The notes under the pieces were generated by a model. It ran no database searches. It had not been told where the DNA came from and saw only the letters and a list, made by a program, of their open reading frames with translations. DNA of 64,000 nucleotides from Candidatus Komeilibacteria bacterium (GTDB lineage Bacteria > Patescibacteriota > Patescibacteriia > UBA1558 > GWA2-36-10): the NCBI GenBank assembly GCA_018656065.1, contig JABHZY010000024.1:160970-224969 (forward strand), in the 5' to 3' direction. The translations under genes were made by a program, and so were the position numbers. Positions 57,650-64,000 of the stretch are shown here, one piece after another (the stretch's first letter is position 1; every line of letters starts with the position of its first letter).

Positions 57650-59227
57650 TTAGATTAAAGAGCTGCCGGTCATTTCCGGTGGTTTTTTGATACCCATAAT
57701 TTTTAATACTGTAGGTGGCACGTCAGCTAAAACTCCTACTGGAGTGACATGACTAAGGTCTGTGCCAACATTACCAGCTAAAACACTTTTTCCCGCAAAA
57801 TCATCACCAACGATAAATAATGGTACTGGGTTGTTGGAATGTAATTTGCTGATTTCACCACTTTGAAGATCATAAAGTTTTTCTGCATTACCATGATCAG
57901 CAGTTATTAAAGTTAAACCTCCATAGGACAAAACAGTATCTACCAATTCTCCAATTAATTGATCTATAATTTCTATAGCTTCTATAGTTGCTTGCATATT
58001 TCCCGTATGCCCAACCATATCTGGATTAGCATAATTAACTACAATAAAATCATATTGCCCTTCTTTAATGGCTTGAGTAATTTTTGAAGTAAGTTCTCGA
58101 GCTGACATAGCTGGCTTCTCAGCATAGGAAGTAACTTGAGGGGAAGGAACTAAAACTCTATCCTCTCCTTCGTAAATAGTTTCCTGTCCACCATTAAAAA
58201 AATAAGTAACGTGAGCATATTTTTCAGTTTCAGCAATATGAAGTTGTTTAAGCCCTGCCTCAGATAAAACTTTAGCTAAAGGCACATCTATAACCAAGGG
58301 TGGAAAAGCCACTTGGACAGGTAAATCTTTTTCATATTCTGCCATAGTAACCATAAAAAGATTTTTAAAATATGGTCTTTTGAATTTTTCAAAACCTGGC
58401 AGAGTTAAAGCCTGTGTTAATTGCCTAGCTCTATCTGATCTAAAATTAAAAAATATTACACTATCACCATCTTTGATGGTACCTTTTGGTTTGCCAAGAT
58501 CATCTAATATTACAGTTGGTACAAACTCTTCATCGTAGACTTCTTTATCATATGATGCTTGAATAGCCTCCAAAGCATCTTCATATTTTTCATCTGATTC
58601 GCCATCTACTATAGCTCGCCAACTTTTTTCTATTCTATCCCAACGATTATCTCGATCCATAGCATAAAAACGGCCACTCAAACTAGCCACCACTCCAATA
58701 CCAACCTTTTTTAATTTTTCTTGTAATTTACTAACAAAATTAATACCACTATTACGAGGAGTATCACGACCATCTAAAAAAGCATGCACATAAACTCTAG
58801 ACACTTTTTGTTGATGAGCTAATTCTAATAAAGCATACAAATGTTCATTATAACTATGAATACCTCCTGAACTTACTAAACCTATAAGGTGTAAAGCCTT
58901 TTCATTCTTATTAGCATTTTCACAAGCCTTAATAAAAGTTTCATTATTATAAAACTCTCCATCTGTGATAGCTTTAGTAATCCTAGGTAAATTTTGATAA
59001 GGAATTACTCCTGAACCTAAAGAAAGATGACCTACTTGGGAATTGCCCATTTCACCCCAAGAAAGCCCCACTGCTTCACCGCTAGCTGCCAAAGGCATAA
59101 TAGGATAGTTCTGTGAATATTTATCAAAATTTGGTGTTTTAGCTAATGAAATAGCATTAGATCTAGAAGGCGGAGCAATGCCAAATCCATCTAATATTAC
59201 GAGTACTACTGGTCTAGGTCTTTTCAT
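57650..59227 (-). CDS. gpmI: BPG-independent phosphoglycerate mutase (copy A)
   Basis: ILDG, MGNSQVGH, DGRD, AETEKYAH, NPDMVGH, ADHGN. Confidence 0.93.
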   Translation of the reverse strand: MKRPRPVVLVILDGFGIAPPSRSNAISLAKTPNFDKYSQNYPIMPLAASGEAVGLSWGEMGNSQVGHLSLGSGVIPYQNLPRITKAITDGEFYNNETFIKACENANKNEKALHLIGLVSSGGIHSYNEHLYALLELAHQQKVSRVYVHAFLDGRDTPRNSGINFVSKLQEKLKKVGIGVVASLSGRFYAMDRDNRWDRIEKSWRAIVDGESDEKYEDALEAIQASYDKEVYDEEFVPTVILDDLGKPKGTIKDGDSVIFFNFRSDRARQLTQALTLPGFEKFKRPYFKNLFMVTMAEYEKDLPVQVAFPPLVIDVPLAKVLSEAGLKQLHIAETEKYAHVTYFFNGGQETIYEGEDRVLVPSPQVTSYAEKPAMSARELTSKITQAIKEGQYDFIVVNYANPDMVGHTGNMQATIEAIEIIDQLIGELVDTVLSYGGLTLITADHGNAEKLYDLQSGEISKLHSNNPVPLFIVGDDFAGKSVLAGNVGTDLSHVTPVGVLADVPPTVLKIMGIKKPPEMTGSSLI

Positions 59228-59228
59228 T

Positions 59229-60794
59229 TTATTTAATAATTAAAGATTTTTCACTTATTAATTTTGGTTTCTTTATATTTAATATATCTAAAACAGTTGG
59301 TGCTATACTAGCTAATTTACCATTAGCTCTTAATTTAAAATCATGATGATTAACAATAATAAAAGGCACTGGATTAATAGAATGCTCAGTATCAATTTCC
59401 CTAGTCTTTAAATTAATCATCTCTTCTACATTACCATGATCAGCAGTAATAATAACTGTGCCTTGTTTTGCTAAAGTTGCTTTAATAATCTGGCCAACAG
59501 ATTTATCTACTAATTCTACTGCCTTGATGCCAGCTTCTAAATTACCAGTATGCCCGACCATATCTGGAGCTGCAAAATTAGCTAAGACAAAATCATATTT
59601 ATCAACTTTAAGATCTTTAATAACTCGCTTAGTTAATTCAACAGTACTCATAGCTGGATCTTCGGCATAAGAATTAACATCTTTAGAAGGAATAACTATC
59701 CAATCTTCTCCAGCCACCGGATGAGCATATCCGCCGTTGAAAAAATAAGTGACGTGGGCATATTTTTCTGTTTCAGCAATGTAACATTGACGAATATCCT
59801 TAAGAGCCATTGGTAAAGTATCTGGAATATCAATACCAGGATAAGCTGTTAGTACACCTTCTAAGTCAGGTCCGAAATCTGTTAAAGCCACGAACAATAA
59901 ATTTTCAATTTTTTTACCGGGTTTAAAAGCTCCTGGATTTTTTTTAGTAAAATTTGGCTGAGCAAAAGTTTTGCTCAGTTGTCGAGCTCTATCTGATCTC
60001 AAATTAAAAAATATAACTGAATCATTACTATTAATAGCGCCAATTGGCTTGCCATTTTTATCAACCACAACAGAGGGCTCGATAAATTCATCGCTTTCTC
60101 CTCTATTATAGCCTTGATTTACTGCTTCTACAGCGCTAGTAACTTGATGCCCCTTACCCCTAACTAAAGCATCAAAAGCCTTTTTAGTTCTTGGCCAAGA
60201 TTTTTTTCTATCCATAGCATAAAAACGACCCATAACACTAGCAATCTTGACTCTATCGCTATTAAATATTGATGTATATTGACTAAGAATTTTAAGTGCT
60301 GCAAATGGTGGAGAATCACGACCATCACTGAAAAGATGAAGATATATATTTTGCTTAGTACGGCTAATAAAAAAACTGATTAAGGACAAAATATGATCAT
60401 CATTAGAATGAGGACTAGAACCATCTGATAAAAGTCCCATTAAATGAACGTCTGAATTATGTTCTGTTACATGATGGGCCGCTTGCAAGAAAGCGGGATT
60501 TTTAAAAAAGGTACCATTATTAATACTCTTAGAAATAATCACCGCATCTTGCTCAACTACTCTGCCTGCCCCGATATTCATATGACCAGCTTCTGAATTA
60601 CCGGGTTGCTTGTTCGACAAACCAACGTCTTTAGCAGAAGCCTGCAATAAAGTATTAGGATATTTTTTGTAAAGCTCGTCTATAACTGGAGTTTTAGCCA
60701 AAGCAATAGCATTACCTTCTTTTTTATCCCAAACACCCCAACCATCTAATATTAAAAGCAATAAAGGCGTATTAATTTTCTCTATATCTGACAT
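59229..60794 (-). CDS. gpmI: BPG-independent phosphoglycerate mutase (copy B)
   Basis: ILDGWG, GNSEAGH, DGRD, AETEKYAH, APDMVGH, ADHGN. Confidence 0.93.
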   Translation of the reverse strand: MSDIEKINTPLLLLILDGWGVWDKKEGNAIALAKTPVIDELYKKYPNTLLQASAKDVGLSNKQPGNSEAGHMNIGAGRVVEQDAVIISKSINNGTFFKNPAFLQAAHHVTEHNSDVHLMGLLSDGSSPHSNDDHILSLISFFISRTKQNIYLHLFSDGRDSPPFAALKILSQYTSIFNSDRVKIASVMGRFYAMDRKKSWPRTKKAFDALVRGKGHQVTSAVEAVNQGYNRGESDEFIEPSVVVDKNGKPIGAINSNDSVIFFNLRSDRARQLSKTFAQPNFTKKNPGAFKPGKKIENLLFVALTDFGPDLEGVLTAYPGIDIPDTLPMALKDIRQCYIAETEKYAHVTYFFNGGYAHPVAGEDWIVIPSKDVNSYAEDPAMSTVELTKRVIKDLKVDKYDFVLANFAAPDMVGHTGNLEAGIKAVELVDKSVGQIIKATLAKQGTVIITADHGNVEEMINLKTREIDTEHSINPVPFIIVNHHDFKLRANGKLASIAPTVLDILNIKKPKLISEKSLIIK

Positions 60795-60797
60795 ATA

Positions 60798-62069
60798 TTA
60801 TTTTAATTTTTGTTCAATTTTTAATAATCTATTGTATTTAACAGTTCTTTCTCCTCTAGCAGTAGAGCCGGTTTTTATATAATCAGCATTTACAGCTACT
60901 GCTAAATCAGCAATGGTAGTATCTGAAGTTTCGCCACTTCTATGGGAAACTATTACCTTATAATCATTATCTCTAGCCTCTCTAATAACTTCTAAAGTCT
61001 CTGTTAAAGTGCCAATCTGATTAAATTTAATAAGAATTGTATTGGCCACTCCCATTTTTATACCTTTTTTGAAACGTTCAATATTAGTTACAAAAAGATC
61101 ATCACCAATTATTTTAATATTATTAGTTTTTATGAATTCGTCTTTACTAATGTCGGCCCAAGCTCCCCAATCTTCTTGATCCAGAGGGTCTTCTACTAAA
61201 GTCAGCGGATAAAGTTCCATTAAGTCAAAATAAAAATCTATCAATTCATCATCTGTAAAAACTTTACCCTCTAGATCTAAATTATAAACTTTTTTCTTTT
61301 CATCATAAAATTCTGAAGCCCCAGCATCAATTCCTAAAAATATATCCTTCCCTGGCTTATAACCACTAGATTCTATGGCATGAATTATAAACTCAAAGAC
61401 TTGTTTGTGTGATTTTACATTTGGCGCATAGCCCCCTTCATTGCCTAAATCAGTATCGTGCCCAGCCACTTCTAAAAGATCACCCAGTTTATGAAAAACC
61501 TCACTAGCCTGTCTTAACTTTTCGGAAAAAGTTTTGGCTTTTTCAGGAGCCAACCAAAATTCCTGAATATTAATATTAGTAGAAGCATGTGCTCCGCCAT
61601 TTATAACATTAACTACTGGCGTGGGCAGATTATATTTTTTCAATTTTGGATTATACAAACTACGTAAATGTTCATATAATTCTATATTATTAAATTTAGC
61701 AGCAGTATGAGCTACAGCTAAAGAAACTGACAAAATAGCATTGGCCCCTAATTTGCTTTTATTATTTGTACCATCTAGCTTGATCATCAAACTATCAATT
61801 TTAACTTGCTGAGTGACAGATAAACCACTTAGCTCTTGATTCAAAACATCATTAACATTAGCGATAGCCTTAAGCACTCCCTTACCTTCATATCTGCTTT
61901 TATCACCATCTCTAAGCTCGTGAGCCTCAAACTTACCAGTAGAGGCTCCTGAGGGTACTGCGGCACTGGCAGATATTCCATTAGACAACTCCACTGTGGT
62001 TTCGATAGTCGGATTACCTCGGGAATCAAGAATTTCTATAGCACTAATTTTCTTTATTTTATCTGGCAT
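60798..62069 (-). CDS. eno: Enolase
   Basis: DSRGNPT, VPSGASTG, SHRSGET. Confidence 0.97.
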   Translation of the reverse strand: MPDKIKKISAIEILDSRGNPTIETTVELSNGISASAAVPSGASTGKFEAHELRDGDKSRYEGKGVLKAIANVNDVLNQELSGLSVTQQVKIDSLMIKLDGTNNKSKLGANAILSVSLAVAHTAAKFNNIELYEHLRSLYNPKLKKYNLPTPVVNVINGGAHASTNINIQEFWLAPEKAKTFSEKLRQASEVFHKLGDLLEVAGHDTDLGNEGGYAPNVKSHKQVFEFIIHAIESSGYKPGKDIFLGIDAGASEFYDEKKKVYNLDLEGKVFTDDELIDFYFDLMELYPLTLVEDPLDQEDWGAWADISKDEFIKTNNIKIIGDDLFVTNIERFKKGIKMGVANTILIKFNQIGTLTETLEVIREARDNDYKVIVSHRSGETSDTTIADLAVAVNADYIKTGSTARGERTVKYNRLLKIEQKLK

Positions 62070-62072
62070 ATT

Positions 62073-63236
62073 TTATTTTATTAATTTGTCTAAAGATGGC
62101 ATCTTGCCGCCGCCTAAAAAAGTTAACATAGCTCCACCACCTGTAGATATAAAATGAAATTGTTTATCTAATTTTAATTTTTGAGCTAGTTCTACTGTTT
62201 CTCCGCCACCTAATATTACTTTGGCCTTTGTTTTAGTTAAAATCTGCATTATTTGTTTTGATCCTTTAATATAAATTGGATTTTCAAAATATCCAAAAGG
62301 ACCATTCCAAATTACCAATTTAGCCTTAGCTAAAATATCAGTAAATTGATCTAAAGTTTCAGGGCCAATATCTAAAATCATCTCATTTTTAACTACATCA
62401 GCTACTGTAACAATCTTTCTTTTCTTAGCTTTAAATCCACTAGCTACAGCTGCATCTAAAGGCATTTCTACTATACCACCTAATAATTCCTTGGCTAGCT
62501 TCATAGAATCTTTATCAAACAAAGACTTACCAATATTATAACCGCTAGCTTTCAACATGGTATTAGCTAAAGCTCCACCTACTAAAACATTATCCGCTTT
62601 TTTACTAAGTTTTTTGATCAATTTCATTTTAGTGGCTGCTTTAGCTCCACCAAATATAATTACTAAACCTTTTTTAATATTAAGAATTTGTGACAAATGC
62701 TCTATTTCATCTCTGATTAAAAATCCAGCGTAAGCAGGTAAATAATGAGTAATGGCTTCCATAGAAGAATCAGCCCGATGTAAATTACCAAAAGCATCAT
62801 TAACATAAACATCGCCCAATTTAGCAATAGCTTTGGCTAGACGTTTACAATTTAATTTTTCACGAGGCTCAAAACGAATGTTCTCAAGCATGGCCACTGA
62901 TCCATTAGACATCTCCTGACTATCTTCTTCGTAATCTCTAAAATCATCAGCCCAAAATTCTATATCTTGTCCTAACTTTTTACTCAAAGCTTGAGCTACT
63001 GGTAAAAGAGATAATTTTGGATCTACCTTGCCTTTAGGTCTACCCAAATGAGCTATAATAATAACTTTAGCTTTTTGCTTAAGTAAATACTTTATCGTGG
63101 GAACAGCTCTATCTAACCTCCAATCGCCGTGCTGCTCTACTTTGCCCTGGTCATCAAGTGGTACATTAAGATCTAGACGTAGTAGTACTCGTTGACCAGA
63201 TATTTTTTTTATTTGATCTATTATTTTTAATTTCAT
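62073..63236 (-). CDS. pgk: Phosphoglycerate kinase
   Basis: DLNVP, HLGRP, ENIRF, DIGPET, STGGGA. Confidence 0.96.
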   Translation of the reverse strand: MKLKIIDQIKKISGQRVLLRLDLNVPLDDQGKVEQHGDWRLDRAVPTIKYLLKQKAKVIIIAHLGRPKGKVDPKLSLLPVAQALSKKLGQDIEFWADDFRDYEEDSQEMSNGSVAMLENIRFEPREKLNCKRLAKAIAKLGDVYVNDAFGNLHRADSSMEAITHYLPAYAGFLIRDEIEHLSQILNIKKGLVIIFGGAKAATKMKLIKKLSKKADNVLVGGALANTMLKASGYNIGKSLFDKDSMKLAKELLGGIVEMPLDAAVASGFKAKKRKIVTVADVVKNEMILDIGPETLDQFTDILAKAKLVIWNGPFGYFENPIYIKGSKQIMQILTKTKAKVILGGGETVELAQKLKLDKQFHFISTGGGAMLTFLGGGKMPSLDKLIK

Positions 63237-63245
63237 AATAAACTA

Positions 63246-63611
63246 CTATTCTTTTGGTATAAAAATACTTGTTACAAAATCATGTTCGGCCAACTCACAA
63301 AGTACATCAGTCGGAATCTGAGCTAAACCATGATCAAATATCCAAGAATCTTTTCTCATACTAACGCCTAATTTATTTAATTCTGTAGTCACTTCTTCAC
63401 TAATTGGCACTTCTTTAAAGCTAATAAAAGCTCCAATTAGACTAGTATCACCCCTCAGACTATAAACTGAAGCATCTATTTTATCAGAAGCACAGCCAGC
63501 AGTATATTGTAAAATATTTTCTTCTACTGGTTGCTCATTAGTAGAATAAAAAATAAAGCCTAAAACTACGGCAATTACTAATAAAATAATCATTATATAT
63601 TCTTTTTTCAT
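63246..63611 (-). CDS. Hypothetical membrane-anchored protein
   Basis: N-terminal TM, 121 aa. Confidence 0.6.
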   Translation of the reverse strand: MKKEYIMIILLVIAVVLGFIFYSTNEQPVEENILQYTAGCASDKIDASVYSLRGDTSLIGAFISFKEVPISEEVTTELNKLGVSMRKDSWIFDHGLAQIPTDVLCELAEHDFVTSIFIPKE

Positions 63612-63797
63612 ACAATAAATAAAGAAATTTAATATTAAACTGTAAGAGTATTATAACATTTTTGAAAGATTTTTGAAACTAAAATTTAACTGTTATTATT
63701 GACAAATACAAAGATCAATGTTATGATAATTGTTCGTTCATTTTCGCCGCCCTATCATAGGGCACTTACTCGATGTTTCCGTCAGGAAAGGATGTCT

Positions 63798-63917
63798 ATG
63801 ACGCGCGAACAAAAACAAGCATTCGGTTACGGATTCGGCAGGTTCGCCCTGCAGTACAAGCTCTGGAAGTTCATCTTCCTCTTCTCGTTAATCATCGGCC
63901 TAGCCGCCAGGAGCTGA
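63798..63917 (+). CDS. Small GC-rich membrane peptide (39 aa)
   Basis: TTGACA(63699)-N17-TATGAT promoter, AAGGA SD, MTREQKQAFGYGFGRFALQYKLWKFIFLFSLIIGLAARS. Confidence 0.45.
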   Translation: MTREQKQAFGYGFGRFALQYKLWKFIFLFSLIIGLAARS

Positions 63918-64000
63918 CATCATGACTGCTGAGCAGTCTTTCACATATGACCATTCTTTTAAGCTTCGGCTTGATTGAATGGTTTTCTTTTTAGACTCAT

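Noticed and set aside
1..64000. Alternative genetic code (TGA recoding, as in Gracilibacteria/Absconditabacteria)
   Set aside because: Conserved genes are full length under code 11, and argS ends at TGA at the expected C-terminus.

Overview
AT-rich bacterial chromosome segment (standard code 11). Gene content and style point to a Patescibacteria/CPR (Parcubacteria-like) organism; this is inference, not a database result. Most of the window is housekeeping: glycolysis (fba, tpiA, two gpmI, eno, pgk), aspS/asnS/argS, scpAB-rluB, dnaB-ybaB-recR, mraZ-rsmH-ftsL-ftsI-murF, rplU, rplJL, mltG, uppP, an [FeFe]-hydrogenase cluster and five intact tRNAs. The highlight is an ~8 kb island (3312-11338) inserted at the 7-nt anticodon loop of the host tRNA-Thr(GGT). 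It splits that gene, carries its own complete but divergent tRNA-Thr(GGT), and has a tyrosine recombinase at each end. Its cargo includes a DRT2/UG2-type reverse transcriptase preceded by a structured ~285-nt ncRNA. From the sequence alone I can reconstruct a 144-nt template flanked by ATAA microhomologies. Head-to-tail concatenation of this unit would create a TTGACG-N17-TATAAA promoter and a stop-free 48-aa repeat (a Neo-like hidden gene). Other patterns: a family of REP-like hairpins whose stems include local sequence such as tRNA CCA ends and -35 boxes, and several stand-alone GC-rich orphan transcription units. All product calls rest on recognising motifs by eye; no searches were run.
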